A stretch of DNA of 64,000 bases, taken from the NCBI RefSeq assembly GCF_035514885.1, contig NZ_DATJCH010000023.1, positions 4,881 through 68,880 of the forward strand. Reading direction: 5' to 3'. Below the pieces are notes generated by a model. That model did not search any database, had not been told where the DNA came from, and worked only from the letters and a program-made list of their open reading frames with translations. The number at the start of each line of letters is the position of its first letter. Position 1 is the first letter of the stretch. The DNA is from Albibacterium sp. (lineage in GTDB: Bacteria; Bacteroidota; Bacteroidia; Sphingobacteriales; Sphingobacteriaceae). Position numbers and translations under genes: made by a program. Below are positions 50,282 through 60,683 of this stretch, one piece after another.

Positions 50282-50449
50282 TAAATAAGAATTTATAAGA
50301 ATTTAATTAAAACTGTACGAATTTAGCAAAAAAACTCCGAATGCAAATGATAAAACCTTAACAATGATGCATACGGAATGAAGTAAAAATATTATGGAAG
50401 TCTATGTCTATTTTTTTTTGTTAATTTGCATAAACTTCAAAGATTAAGA

Positions 50450-51292
50450 ATGGCTTGGTTTAAACGTAGTAAAATTGGTATTAATACTGCAACAGAAAAT
50501 AAGAAAGAAGCACCAGATGGATTATGGAAGAAATGTCCTTCTTGTAAGAAACCTCTTTTAAACTCAGAGCAAATTGAGAATCAATACGTTTGTCAATATT
50601 GCAACTATCATTTACGCATAGGTTCTGCTGAATATTTTTCAATATTATTTGATAATAACTCTTTTGAGGAGTTATTTCCTAACCTAACATCAGGAGATCC
50701 TCTCAATTTTGAAGATACAAAAAAATATACAGACCGCTTAAAGGAAAGCTATTTAAAGACGGGCCTTAAGGATGCTATTCGTTGCGGACATGGAAAAATA
50801 CAGGGAGAGGATATTGTAATTGCTTGTATGGACTTTGCATTTATTGGAGGATCGATGGGCTCTGTAGTTGGAGAAAAAATTGCTCGATCGATTGATTACT
50901 GTATCAACCATAAAGTTCCGTTTCTTTTGATTTCAAAATCTGGAGGAGCACGAATGATGGAAGCTGCATTCTCTCTAATGCAAATGGCTAAGACATCTGC
51001 CAAACTTGCTCTTCTAAGCAAAGCTAAAGTCCCTTATATATCCTATTTAACTGATCCAACAACAGGTGGCGTAACTGCTTCTTATGCAATGTTGGGCGAT
51101 ATTAACATATCTGAACCGGGAGCTCTAATTGGATTTGCTGGTCCGCGTGTAATTAAAGAAACTATAAAAAAGGATTTACCAAAAGGTTTTCAAACTGCAG
51201 AATTCGTATTAGAACACGGTTTCTTAGACTTTATTGAAGATCGCAGAAATATGAAAAACAAAATTGCATCCTTTATACGTGTAGTACAATAG
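50450..51292 (+). CDS. accD: Acetyl-CoA carboxylase carboxyltransferase beta subunit
   Basis: N-terminal MAWFKR and a zinc ribbon (CPSCKK...CQYCNYH). Confidence 0.93.
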   Translation: MAWFKRSKIGINTATENKKEAPDGLWKKCPSCKKPLLNSEQIENQYVCQYCNYHLRIGSAEYFSILFDNNSFEELFPNLTSGDPLNFEDTKKYTDRLKESYLKTGLKDAIRCGHGKIQGEDIVIACMDFAFIGGSMGSVVGEKIARSIDYCINHKVPFLLISKSGGARMMEAAFSLMQMAKTSAKLALLSKAKVPYISYLTDPTTGGVTASYAMLGDINISEPGALIGFAGPRVIKETIKKDLPKGFQTAEFVLEHGFLDFIEDRRNMKNKIASFIRVVQ

Positions 51293-51329
51293 GATGCAAT
51301 TATATAATTGTGAATAAGCACAGTTGATT

Positions 51330-51533
51330 TTAATCTCCCGCTTTGGGACTGGTCCCTGTTAAAGGCTCTCCATGTTTTCTTCCATGCTTAGCATCTTGTA
51401 TCTTTTTTTGGGTATTTGAAATTACATTATCTGGAGAATCTCCACTTGATGAATTAATATCAGCCAAGCCTTCCTCTTCTATTCGATCTGGCGTAATAAT
51501 TTTCCCCTTTTTATTTTCATTGTTATTTGACAT
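51330..51533 (-). CDS. Small hydrophilic hypothetical protein
   Basis: 67 aa, strongly polar and probably disordered, with an ATG start in an otherwise empty gap. Confidence 0.3.
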   Translation of the reverse strand: MSNNNENKKGKIITPDRIEEEGLADINSSSGDSPDNVISNTQKKIQDAKHGRKHGEPLTGTSPKAGD

Positions 51534-51596
51534 AATATCCTCCTTTAATTAATTATACAATTAAAGGTTAAACAAGAAAAGAAAGATTATGTTTGA

Positions 51597-52739
51597 TTAT
51601 CTTAAGGCTTCATGAAGAAAAATCTCCTTGACCTTCGATACTACTATATCAACTTCTTCTTTAGTATTGTACTTGCTGAAAGAAAAACGAACAGAAGGAC
51701 GTTCAGAATGTGCTCCGATGGCCGTTAAAACATGTGAACCAATATTAGTTCCTGAACTGCAAGCACTACCACCCGATGCAGAAATTCCAGCAATATCTAA
51801 GTTAAATAGTAACATATCAGCCATATCCATTTCAGGGAAACAAACATTTAGTACAGTATATAAGCTTTTTTCAGGAACAATTTCTCCATTAAAAGTGCAA
51901 TCAGGTACATGCTCATTTATTTGTTGAATCATGTAGGTCTTCAAATTCTGAATATAGTTCTGGTGATCTTCCATTTCATCATAAGCTAACTCCAAAGCTT
52001 TAGCCAAACCTACAATACCATAAACATTTTCAGTCCCGCCACGCATATTACGTTCTTGAGCACCACCAAACAACAAAGGTTTTATCTTTATATTATGGTT
52101 GATATAAATAAATCCTACCCCTTTAGGTCCGTGCAATTTATGAGCAGCGCAAGTCACAAAATCAACGGGCAATTTCCCTAGATCATGCCTATAATGCCCC
52201 ATAGTTTGCACTGTATCGCAATGGAATAATGCATCGTATTTTCGGCATATCGCAGAAACCTGCTCAATATCTAGTAATGTACCAATTTCATTATTAGCAT
52301 GCATTAAAGAAACAAGCGTCTTTGGAGAGTTCTGAAGTAGTTCTTCTAGTTGTTCCAAATTAATATTACCTTTTGAATCAACTTGCAAAAGACTGTATTT
52401 AAGACCTTTTGATTTTTCTAATTCTTCTAAAGTATGTAATACAGCATGATGTTCGATTGGCGAACTAATAACATGATTAATGCTATAGCTTTCTAATGCC
52501 ATACGAATAGCCATATTATCTGCCTCCGTTCCTCCTGAAGTAAAAAATATTTCCGAAGGAGATACATTGAGCAAATGAGCTACAGTCTTTCTGGCCTTTT
52601 CAATCAAGGTCCTTACTTCTCTTCCATGTGCATGAATAGATGAAGGGTTCCCATAATGGTCTCTCATTACCTTAGTCATCTCCTCAAAGACCAACGGATC
52701 AATGGCAGTTGTAGCTGCATTATCAAAATATATACGCAT
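51597..52739 (-). CDS. Cysteine desulfurase (NifS/IscS family)
   Basis: PLP-lysine context AHKLHGPKG and catalytic Cys loop SGGSACSSG. Confidence 0.9.
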   Translation of the reverse strand: MRIYFDNAATTAIDPLVFEEMTKVMRDHYGNPSSIHAHGREVRTLIEKARKTVAHLLNVSPSEIFFTSGGTEADNMAIRMALESYSINHVISSPIEHHAVLHTLEELEKSKGLKYSLLQVDSKGNINLEQLEELLQNSPKTLVSLMHANNEIGTLLDIEQVSAICRKYDALFHCDTVQTMGHYRHDLGKLPVDFVTCAAHKLHGPKGVGFIYINHNIKIKPLLFGGAQERNMRGGTENVYGIVGLAKALELAYDEMEDHQNYIQNLKTYMIQQINEHVPDCTFNGEIVPEKSLYTVLNVCFPEMDMADMLLFNLDIAGISASGGSACSSGTNIGSHVLTAIGAHSERPSVRFSFSKYNTKEEVDIVVSKVKEIFLHEALR

Positions 52740-52748
52740 GCTGCAAAT

Positions 52749-54140
52749 TTACAAATTACTCTCTACCAATGACAACACATCATTAATAACTTTCTCTGCA
52801 ATGACATTTGCTTGTTCAACTGTTGCTGCTTCAGAATATACACGGATTATAGGTTCTGTATTTGATTTGCGAAGATGGACCCATTCATTTTCAAAATCAA
52901 TTTTTAAACCATCGATCGTACTATGATTTTCGTTGATATAAATATCACGAACACCATCTAATATCTTATCAATATTCATCCCTTCAGTAAGGGATATCTT
53001 GTTTTTAGACATATGGTAGACAGGATATGTATCTCTCAATTCTGAAATTCGGATCTTCTTTTTAGCTAGATGTGTCAAAAATAATGCTATCCCAGCCAAT
53101 GCATCTCTCCCATAATGTGTTTCAGGATAAATTACACCACCGTTTCCTTCTCCACCTATTACAGCCTGAACCTCTTTCATTTTATTAACTACGTTGACCT
53201 CTCCTACCGCCGCGGCATAATACTGTCCCCCATGTTTTAGAGTTACATCTCGCAGAGCTCGAGTAGAAGATAGGTTGGAAACTGTATTACCTGGAGTACT
53301 TTCTAATATAAAGTCAGCAACTGCAACCAAGGTGTACTCCTCTCCAAACATTTCTCCATTCTCCATAACAAAGCATAAACGATCTACATCCGGATCAACC
53401 GCAATACCAAGATCTGCTCCTTTCTCAACAACAAGATTAGACAGAACAGTCAAGTTTTCTGCTAAGGGTTCTGGGTTGTGAGGAAAGTTACCTGAGGGAT
53501 CACAATACAACTCATATATTACATTTACACCCAAAGCTTTTAGAAGTGCTGGAACGAAAATACCACCTGTAGAATTAACAGCATCTACTACAATTTTAAA
53601 ATCAGCTTCCCTTATGGCAGCTACATCAACAAGTTTAAGTGAGAGTATTTGATCAATATGTTTTTGAAGATAAGTGTCATTTAGTTCTAATTTTCCCAAA
53701 TTATATACATCAGAAAAATCGAAATCAAGTTCTTCTGCAATCTCTAGAACTTGTTTACCTTGTTCATCATTAATAAATTCACCCTTCTCATTTAATAATT
53801 TCAAAGCATTCCATTGGGCAGGATTATGACTCGCAGTGAGAATTATCCCACCACCTGCCCCTTCCATTGGGACCGCAATTTCTACTGTGGGGGTTGTTGA
53901 TAAGCCTAGATCCACTACATCGATTCCTATACTTTGAAGAGTACCAACAACTAAATTTCTTACCATTTCACCAGAAATCCTGGCATCACGCCCTATTACA
54001 ATCTTATTAATACCAGTATTCTTCTGGATTAGTTTACCAAAGCCGGCTGTAAACCTAACAATATCAAGAGGACTCAACCCTTCATTAGGACGTCCACCAA
54101 TTGTACCTCTAATCCCTGAAATAGATTTTATTAAAGTCAT
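52749..54140 (-). CDS. glmM: Phosphoglucosamine mutase
   Basis: SGIRG N-terminus, phosphoserine loop TASHNP, and a length typical of Bacteroidota GlmM. Confidence 0.88.
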   Translation of the reverse strand: MTLIKSISGIRGTIGGRPNEGLSPLDIVRFTAGFGKLIQKNTGINKIVIGRDARISGEMVRNLVVGTLQSIGIDVVDLGLSTTPTVEIAVPMEGAGGGIILTASHNPAQWNALKLLNEKGEFINDEQGKQVLEIAEELDFDFSDVYNLGKLELNDTYLQKHIDQILSLKLVDVAAIREADFKIVVDAVNSTGGIFVPALLKALGVNVIYELYCDPSGNFPHNPEPLAENLTVLSNLVVEKGADLGIAVDPDVDRLCFVMENGEMFGEEYTLVAVADFILESTPGNTVSNLSSTRALRDVTLKHGGQYYAAAVGEVNVVNKMKEVQAVIGGEGNGGVIYPETHYGRDALAGIALFLTHLAKKKIRISELRDTYPVYHMSKNKISLTEGMNIDKILDGVRDIYINENHSTIDGLKIDFENEWVHLRKSNTEPIIRVYSEAATVEQANVIAEKVINDVLSLVESNL

Positions 54141-54268
54141 AGTTCATTTTATTTGGGAGTAAAAGTAAGCATATCTTCAACTTGTATCAACAACATGTAA
54201 CCAAATTCGATAAGGAATACCAATCCTATAAATTTATTATATTTGCAGTTAAATTGGTCCAGGAACAA

Positions 54269-55006
54269 ATGGAAAAGAAGTGGTTTGAAAGTTGGTTTAA
54301 TACTCCTTATTATCATATTTTATACAAGAATCGCGACAATGCTGAAGCTGCTCTTTTTATTGACAACCTTTTTGAACACCTTCATCCAAGCAAACATGCT
54401 ACCTTATTAGATATAGCTTGTGGTAGAGGCAGACATGCTAAGTACATGAGTGATAAAGGATACAATACAACAGGTATTGATCTTTCAGAATCAAGTATTG
54501 CTTACGCTAAGAAATATGAAAATGAAAACCTATACTTTCAAGTTCAGGATATGAGGCAAGCATACTGTAATAGCTGTTTTGATTTTGCATTCAACCTTTT
54601 TACAAGTTTTGGCTATTTTGAAACGGAGAAAGAACATCTGGATGCATTAAAAGTTTTTAATGCGGCACTGAAACCGAATGGAATATTAGTACTTGATTAT
54701 TTTAATGCATACAAAGCTATTAAAGACCTGGTACCAACCGAGATTAAGAATAAAAACAACATAACATTTAATATATCAAAACACTTAGAAGGTAAAAAGA
54801 TTCATAAAAATATTGAATTTGAGGATGACAACCAATCTCATCAATACGTGGAAGAAGTGTTTGCCTTTACTTTGCAAGATTTTCATTCAATGTTAGAACA
54901 AAGTAACTTTACAATTATTGAGAAATTTGGAAACTATCACTTTCAAGATTTCAACCAAGACGAATCACAAAGATTAATCCTAATTTGTAAAAAGAATCAT
55001 GCTTGA
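54269..55006 (+). CDS. Class I SAM-dependent methyltransferase
   Basis: Motif I is LLDIACGRGRH. I prefer the internal ATG (MEKKWFESW). Confidence 0.8.
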   Translation: MEKKWFESWFNTPYYHILYKNRDNAEAALFIDNLFEHLHPSKHATLLDIACGRGRHAKYMSDKGYNTTGIDLSESSIAYAKKYENENLYFQVQDMRQAYCNSCFDFAFNLFTSFGYFETEKEHLDALKVFNAALKPNGILVLDYFNAYKAIKDLVPTEIKNKNNITFNISKHLEGKKIHKNIEFEDDNQSHQYVEEVFAFTLQDFHSMLEQSNFTIIEKFGNYHFQDFNQDESQRLILICKKNHA

Positions 55007-55577
55007 ATACCTAACTGAAATTGACAAAATAGTTTTTTTGTCAATTAACCAAGGGTTATCAAATCCATTTTTTGATTTCCTAATGCCTATTCTAAGAAAT
55101 CCTTACACATGGGCACCGCTCTATCTCTTCATCTTAATTTTTGCAATAAAGAATTACAAGAAGCGAGGAATTATAATGATACTTTTCTTTCTCCTATCTT
55201 TCGGTTTGGGAGATATGATTTCTGCATCTGTTATCAAACCTCAGGTAATGCGTGTGAGGCCATGCAATGATATTCCTTTTAAAGAGCAAGTTAAAGTACG
55301 CGTACGTTGTGGCAGTGGCTATAGCATGCCTTCTTCCCATGCTACTAATCACTTTGCAATGGGAGTCTTTCTATTAATGGTTTTTAGAAAAAAATGGAAG
55401 CCGATCATTTGGTTAAGCATCTTATGGGCTGCGTCTATAAGCTTTGCACAAATTTATGTCGGTGTGCATTATCCCGGAGATATTTTAGTAGGCACACTCT
55501 TAGGTGTATTAATAGGCTTATTCACCTCTAGTATTTTCCTATTTTTCCAACCAGATGAACCCAGGATAACCGCATGA
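54999..55577 (+). CDS. PAP2 family phosphatase
   Basis: Three PAP2 motifs (RVRP, PSSHA, VGVHYPGD) and a multi-TM topology. Confidence 0.82.
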   Translation: MLEYLTEIDKIVFLSINQGLSNPFFDFLMPILRNPYTWAPLYLFILIFAIKNYKKRGIIMILFFLLSFGLGDMISASVIKPQVMRVRPCNDIPFKEQVKVRVRCGSGYSMPSSHATNHFAMGVFLLMVFRKKWKPIIWLSILWAASISFAQIYVGVHYPGDILVGTLLGVLIGLFTSSIFLFFQPDEPRITA

Positions 55578-56284
55578 TAATTAGTATACTATTCCTTTCT
55601 GCTCTTCTTGGCGGTCTCTCAGTTTTTATTGTAAAACGAGATAATTCTAAGATGCTAAAATTAATATTAGCATTTAGTGGCGCCTACCTTTTTTCGATAA
55701 CTATCTTACATTTAATTCCGGATGTTTATATAAATGCCGATGAATCTATTGGACTTTTTATTCTAGGAGGGTTCATCTTTCAGCTTATACTAGAACAGTT
55801 CTCACAAGGAATCGAACATGGTCATATCCATCATCATGAGCATAAACTATCTCAAGCATTCCCAATTGGAATTATGTTTAGCTTATGCTTACATGCTTTT
55901 TTAGAAGGGATGCCATTAGCCGGCGATCATAAGAATTACTTATTATTCGGTATTTCGCTACATCATATTCCAGCCGCATTTGCTTTAGGTTCTTTACTTT
56001 TAAATACACACATTTCTAAGCAAAAGATAATAGTATTACTGGTAGTATTTGCAATGATGTCTCCCTTAGGTTATTTATTAAGTTTTGGAATTAAAGCCAA
56101 TCAATTAGGGGATATAAATCAATACTTTGATCGCATAATGGCTGTTGTTATTGGTATATTTTTACACATATCTACCACGATACTTTTTGAATCATCAACT
56201 TCAGGTCACCATTATAATCGACAGAAAGCAATAGCAGTCTTATTAGGGGTTTCTGTTTCTTTATTAAATTTCCTGTTCCATTAA
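55574..56284 (+). CDS. ZIP family metal transporter
   Basis: Polytopic membrane protein with a His-rich loop (HGHIHHHEH) and an HxxPE-like TM motif. Confidence 0.8.
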   Translation: MIISILFLSALLGGLSVFIVKRDNSKMLKLILAFSGAYLFSITILHLIPDVYINADESIGLFILGGFIFQLILEQFSQGIEHGHIHHHEHKLSQAFPIGIMFSLCLHAFLEGMPLAGDHKNYLLFGISLHHIPAAFALGSLLLNTHISKQKIIVLLVVFAMMSPLGYLLSFGIKANQLGDINQYFDRIMAVVIGIFLHISTTILFESSTSGHHYNRQKAIAVLLGVSVSLLNFLFH

Positions 56285-56314
56285 TCCTATTTTCCTTATA
56301 AAACCAGAAGATTG

Positions 56315-57292
56315 CTATCCTAATTTTTTAACGGGAATCCTATCCTTATAATAACCTGCTAACTTGTGACCATCACCGTGTATGGTCCAAATTTCTTGAG
56401 GTTCTACATACTTGATATAGTCCAATATGTCATTCCAATCAACATGGTCGGAAATATATAAAGACACACTATTATTCCTTTGTAAATGTTCCCAACCAGA
56501 TGCAAAAACTTTAACCATATCACCTTTTCGGATTGAGCTATTAAAAGTAATTGGAGGAACAATATATACAAATTCCTTAAAGCGATTTTGTTTCATGATT
56601 TTTCTGTCGTATGCCTTATAAATAAGCTTATTTATTCCAAATTGCTCATAAACTTTATGGATACGCATTATCGAATGATGCAATAAGACAATCTTATCTG
56701 GACAGTGGATATTAATAAGTTGATTTATACGCTGTGCTTTACCCAAGGGATAGGCACCCAACAGAATATTATATGATATTCCGCATAATTTGCGAATTTC
56801 AGTCTCAGGATCAGGATGGTTTATCTCCGGATTTGCAAATGTACTCTCTGTTATCAGAACATTAGCCTTAACATAATCAATCGGCTCACAGGTAGCATCT
56901 TCCTGTATTTTATAATCTCCCGTATAAAGATATCGTACTCCTTTGTAAACCATTAAAATCTGTGCAGAACCCAAAACATGCCCAGCAGAAAATAGTTGAA
57001 TTTGAACATCATTTACAAAAAATTCTTGATAAAAGTCTTTTGGTATAAACCTAAAGGATGCCTGACCACTATAACGGCTTTCCATAATAGCTTGAGTTGC
57101 CCGTGTACAATAAACTTCTAAATTGCCTGGACAAGCGTGATCAGCATGAGCATGAGAGATTATGGCACAGGTTACAGGCATTTTCGGATCAATATGGAAA
57201 TCTCCATATTTACAATATAAACCTGATGTTGTTTGGATTATAAAGTCATCTATTATATTCACTTCGTTAGACCTTATTATTGAAATATTCAT
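56315..57292 (-). CDS. MBL-fold (beta-CASP-like) hydrolase resembling ligase-associated DNA damage response exonuclease
   Basis: GLYCKYGDFHIDP, then the HAHADH zinc motif, in a protein of about 325 aa. The family call is from memory. Confidence 0.65.
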   Translation of the reverse strand: MNISIIRSNEVNIIDDFIIQTTSGLYCKYGDFHIDPKMPVTCAIISHAHADHACPGNLEVYCTRATQAIMESRYSGQASFRFIPKDFYQEFFVNDVQIQLFSAGHVLGSAQILMVYKGVRYLYTGDYKIQEDATCEPIDYVKANVLITESTFANPEINHPDPETEIRKLCGISYNILLGAYPLGKAQRINQLINIHCPDKIVLLHHSIMRIHKVYEQFGINKLIYKAYDRKIMKQNRFKEFVYIVPPITFNSSIRKGDMVKVFASGWEHLQRNNSVSLYISDHVDWNDILDYIKYVEPQEIWTIHGDGHKLAGYYKDRIPVKKLG

Positions 57293-57854
57293 TCAATTTT
57301 AACACCTGAGGGATAATAGGTTCCTTGCCATCATTTATAATTATAAAATCAGCTAACTTCTTCTTTTCTTCTTCTGGCATTTGCTTATCCATTCTGGACC
57401 GCACATTATCCTCATCAACACGCTCCCTTTCTATAACACGCTTTATACGAATATCTTCCGGAGAGGTTACCACAATAACAAAATCACAATCTTTATAAGA
57501 CCCACTTTCAAATAAAATGGCCGCCTCTTTAATAATATAAGCAGATTTCTGTTGTTTAGACCAATCCTCAAAAGCCTTTATTGCAGCAGGATGCACTAAG
57601 AGATTCAACTTTTTCAATGCCTCCTCATTATTAAAAACTTTATTAGCTAAATACTTTCTATTCAATTCATTATTGGAAGAATATGATTCTTCTCCAAACT
57701 CTGCCTTTATAGAAGCAATTAGAGAATCATCTGTAGACATGATAGATTTAGCAGTCATATCTGCATTAAATACAGGTATTCCCAACGTTTCAAAAACCCG
57801 ACAAACGGTGGTTTTACCAGTTCCAATTCCTCCGGTTATGCCAATTTTAAGCAT
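57267..57854 (-). CDS. coaE: Dephospho-CoA kinase
   Basis: P-loop GITGGIGTGKTT in a 195-aa protein. Confidence 0.92.
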   Translation of the reverse strand: MLKIGITGGIGTGKTTVCRVFETLGIPVFNADMTAKSIMSTDDSLIASIKAEFGEESYSSNNELNRKYLANKVFNNEEALKKLNLLVHPAAIKAFEDWSKQQKSAYIIKEAAILFESGSYKDCDFVIVVTSPEDIRIKRVIERERVDEDNVRSRMDKQMPEEEKKKLADFIIINDGKEPIIPQVLKLNEYFNNKV

Positions 57855-57858
57855 TATA

Positions 57859-58806
57859 TCATCTTTTTATAATGAAGTCTATATTTTGAGGATTTATTTT
57901 TACAATCTTACAAAAATCTGGAGATTTGATTAAAATAACAGGCAATGTGCTTACCTTATTTTCTGTCCAGTTTTTCAAATCAACAACAGCTTCAAATGAA
58001 TTGGAAGTGATATTTGAATAGTTTTTAAGTGAGACTAATACTGTTATTTTAACCTTAGAAGGAATAAGCCGTACAGACGAGTATCTTTCTCCATTTTCAA
58101 CTTTCAGCGGCAGCTCAAGCACCTTTTCTGTAACCTCACCTATTGGGACATTTACTTCGACTGAGGTTGGATAAACATTGATATTTGCTTTGCCTTTCTG
58201 CTGAAGGAATAAACGTCCCGTAAAATCAGAATCAAGACCTTTACGTTTAAGGGTATCGGTTTCCCACTCTTCTATTCGTACCAGGTCTTCTAAAGGCCCT
58301 GTGATTGTAACATAAGCCGGATTAATGCGAATACTATCAATAATATTATACTGCTTTTGAAAACTAAGATCAGATACAAACTTTACAGGTACCTTTTTTA
58401 CAGTCTGCTTAGAAAAATCAAAATAGAGAGTGTCTGGTGTGATCGATACGACTCGTTGAGTCCCTCCAAATTGTCTATTGATAAAACCCATCTGACTAGA
58501 AAAAACTATCCAGTCTCTTGTCCTTAAAGGACTCAGATCAATATCAATATCCTGCGATTGTAAACTGAGCTTCGAAAATAATACCTGCCAGCCAGACCCT
58601 TCTATCTGGAGATCAACTGTATCGGATTGTAAAGGGTGAAAAGCTCTATTATCAGGGGCGTTCATATAACGCACAGCTGCAGGAACCTGATATAGATAAT
58701 TACTAGACATCGCAAATAAACCCCATGACAAAACCGAGATCACAACACATACTATGAATATGCGGGCTTTCTGCTTTTGTAATTTGGTTAAATTCAAAAT
58801 TGCCAT
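57859..58806 (-). CDS. YbbR-like domain protein
   Basis: An N-terminal TM segment followed by repeated beta-rich YbbR-like modules. Its position between yajC and coaE is conserved. Confidence 0.65.
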   Translation of the reverse strand: MAILNLTKLQKQKARIFIVCVVISVLSWGLFAMSSNYLYQVPAAVRYMNAPDNRAFHPLQSDTVDLQIEGSGWQVLFSKLSLQSQDIDIDLSPLRTRDWIVFSSQMGFINRQFGGTQRVVSITPDTLYFDFSKQTVKKVPVKFVSDLSFQKQYNIIDSIRINPAYVTITGPLEDLVRIEEWETDTLKRKGLDSDFTGRLFLQQKGKANINVYPTSVEVNVPIGEVTEKVLELPLKVENGERYSSVRLIPSKVKITVLVSLKNYSNITSNSFEAVVDLKNWTENKVSTLPVILIKSPDFCKIVKINPQNIDFIIKR

Positions 58807-58880
58807 GAGCTAGAATAAAAAATTAAACGCTTAACAAATAGTTAATTAAACTATTCGTTAAGCGTTCTAAAGACTTTTTT

Positions 58881-59192
58881 CTACTGAGCGTTCGCTACTT
58901 TAGATGCATCTAAAGACACTGAACTTTTATCAAAGCGGATTTTAACACCACTTCCTACATCTAATAAAATAGATGTATCACCAAGCTCTACAATGCGGCC
59001 GTGAATACCAGCAGTAGTCACTACCTTATCATTTACTTTTAATGCTTCGATATATTTTTTATGATCTTTTGACTTTTTCATTTGTGGACGAATCATAAAA
59101 AAGTAGAATACCACAATGATTAAAATCATAGGTAAAAAACCCATTAAACCACCACCGCTCGTTGCTTGTAATAAAATTGTTCCTGTTGTCAT
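58881..59192 (-). CDS. yajC: Preprotein translocase subunit YajC
   Basis: 103 aa with a single TM segment followed by MIRPQMKK and GIHGRIV motifs. Confidence 0.9.
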   Translation of the reverse strand: MTTGTILLQATSGGGLMGFLPMILIIVVFYFFMIRPQMKKSKDHKKYIEALKVNDKVVTTAGIHGRIVELGDTSILLDVGSGVKIRFDKSSVSLDASKVANAQ

Positions 59193-59210
59193 AATTTTTA
59201 TTTTTGTATG

Positions 59211-59666
59211 TTATTTTACTTCTCCTTTTAAATGAAAGATTGTTTGGGAAGGATATGCATTAGATTCCATAGTGATAACTTTGTGTTGCAATCCCGGCTG
59301 ATTACTCGTATCGAATACTACATCGATTGTAAATTCTTCTCCTGGTTTAATAGGATGCTTTGGATAATAAGGTGTCGTACATCCACAAGAAGCACGAACA
59401 GAATTAATTATCAAGGGTGTTTTACCAGTATTTGTAAATGCATATTCATGGGATACCTTCTCACCTTCTTTGACTTCACCAAAACTATAAGTATCTGTTT
59501 CTTGATATACAATAGGAGCATTGGTTGTATCTACCGAAGCTTCTACTGAAGACTCGGTGGCAACCGATCCTGTACTATCTATGTTCCCTTGTTCACTATC
59601 CTGGCTCCCACTACCGCATGAAGCAAGAAAGAATGAAGCAGAAAGCACTAATATTAGATTTTTCAT
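59211..59666 (-). CDS. DUF1573 domain lipoprotein
   Basis: Lipobox (LASCGS). The segment FGEVKEG..V.H.F.F.N.G..PL.I..V.ASCGCT is typical of DUF1573. Confidence 0.8.
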   Translation of the reverse strand: MKNLILVLSASFFLASCGSGSQDSEQGNIDSTGSVATESSVEASVDTTNAPIVYQETDTYSFGEVKEGEKVSHEYAFTNTGKTPLIINSVRASCGCTTPYYPKHPIKPGEEFTIDVVFDTSNQPGLQHKVITMESNAYPSQTIFHLKGEVK

Positions 59667-59696
59667 TCAAACATGGTTTATTTACAAATATAAATT

Positions 59697-60644
59697 TTAT
59701 TCATTTAATCCACGACCTTGTTTACGAATTCTACCAGATGTCTTTAACTCTGATAGTACCTTATCAAGAATTCCGTTGATAAACGTATTACTTTTGGGTG
59801 TACTGAAAACTTTAGAGATTTCAATATATTCATTAATAGTTACTTTAACCGGTATCGATGAAAAATTGATCAATTCACAAATCGCTAACCGCATTATTAA
59901 AGTATCCATTAATGCAATCCTATCAGCCTCCCAATTTTTTGTCTTACCACTAATAAAGCTTTGGTATTCATCAGAATGGCTAACGGCTAAAATAAATAGA
60001 TCTAGGATAAACTCTCTATCTTCATCCCAATTTGGTGTTAGTTCGGCTAAATGGTTATTCGAAGACTCCACAGAACTAAAGTTCTTAAAGGTTTTGGCAA
60101 CCAAAGCTTGTAGAACTTCCTTATCAAGCTGCCAATTAATAAATTTCTCTTCAAATACTTGTTCAACCGAAGGTAGTTGAAGAATTATTCGCTTAAAAAT
60201 ATATTTAATAATATCCTTTTCAGCTGCTATCGAATGGTCATCGTTATTTAAATAAGCTTCATATTCTTCTGAATTCTTCAAACTCTGAAATATTTCACGA
60301 GCAATTTCAGGATCAAATGCCCAAGATACTCGATACTTCTTTGTCTGATCTATAAACTTACCGTTCTTCCTCAAAGATTCGATAAATGCATTATTCTGGA
60401 AACGAAGGTTACTATTTAAATCATTCTCCGTAGGTAAATGTTTTCTTGCTCTACCCTCTGCATCAATCGCGGTATAATCCGCCACTTCAATCAAGAGATT
60501 TAACAACCATATGTACATTTCATATACTTGGTCGACACTATTTAAGAGCGATTTTTCAAATTTAGAAACTTCCTTTTCTTCGGATTGATTATAGGCATAT
60601 AAAGTTTGTAAAACTTTTATACGCAGATGTCTTCTGTTTAACAT
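59697..60644 (-). CDS. nusB: Transcription antitermination factor NusB (long form)
   Basis: NusB-like N-terminus (RRHLRIKVLQTLYAY) and C-terminus (DRIALMDTLIMRLAICEL...INEYIEISK...FINGILDKV). Confidence 0.85.
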   Translation of the reverse strand: MLNRRHLRIKVLQTLYAYNQSEEKEVSKFEKSLLNSVDQVYEMYIWLLNLLIEVADYTAIDAEGRARKHLPTENDLNSNLRFQNNAFIESLRKNGKFIDQTKKYRVSWAFDPEIAREIFQSLKNSEEYEAYLNNDDHSIAAEKDIIKYIFKRIILQLPSVEQVFEEKFINWQLDKEVLQALVAKTFKNFSSVESSNNHLAELTPNWDEDREFILDLFILAVSHSDEYQSFISGKTKNWEADRIALMDTLIMRLAICELINFSSIPVKVTINEYIEISKVFSTPKSNTFINGILDKVLSELKTSGRIRKQGRGLNE

Positions 60645-60683
60645 AAATATAAAGAACGATTTTTTTTAATGGAAATATAACCT

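Noticed and set aside
51349-51362. 12-nt match (ctggtccctgtt) to the 30271-30364 repeat unit
   Set aside because: It lies inside a possible small ORF as a single short match, and a 12-mer match is plausible by chance given the many 12-mers in the repeat.
59521-60180. 219-aa ORF on the plus strand
   Set aside because: It lies almost entirely antisense to well-supported nusB, with its 5' end antisense to the DUF1573 gene. It has low-complexity composition typical of shadow ORFs.
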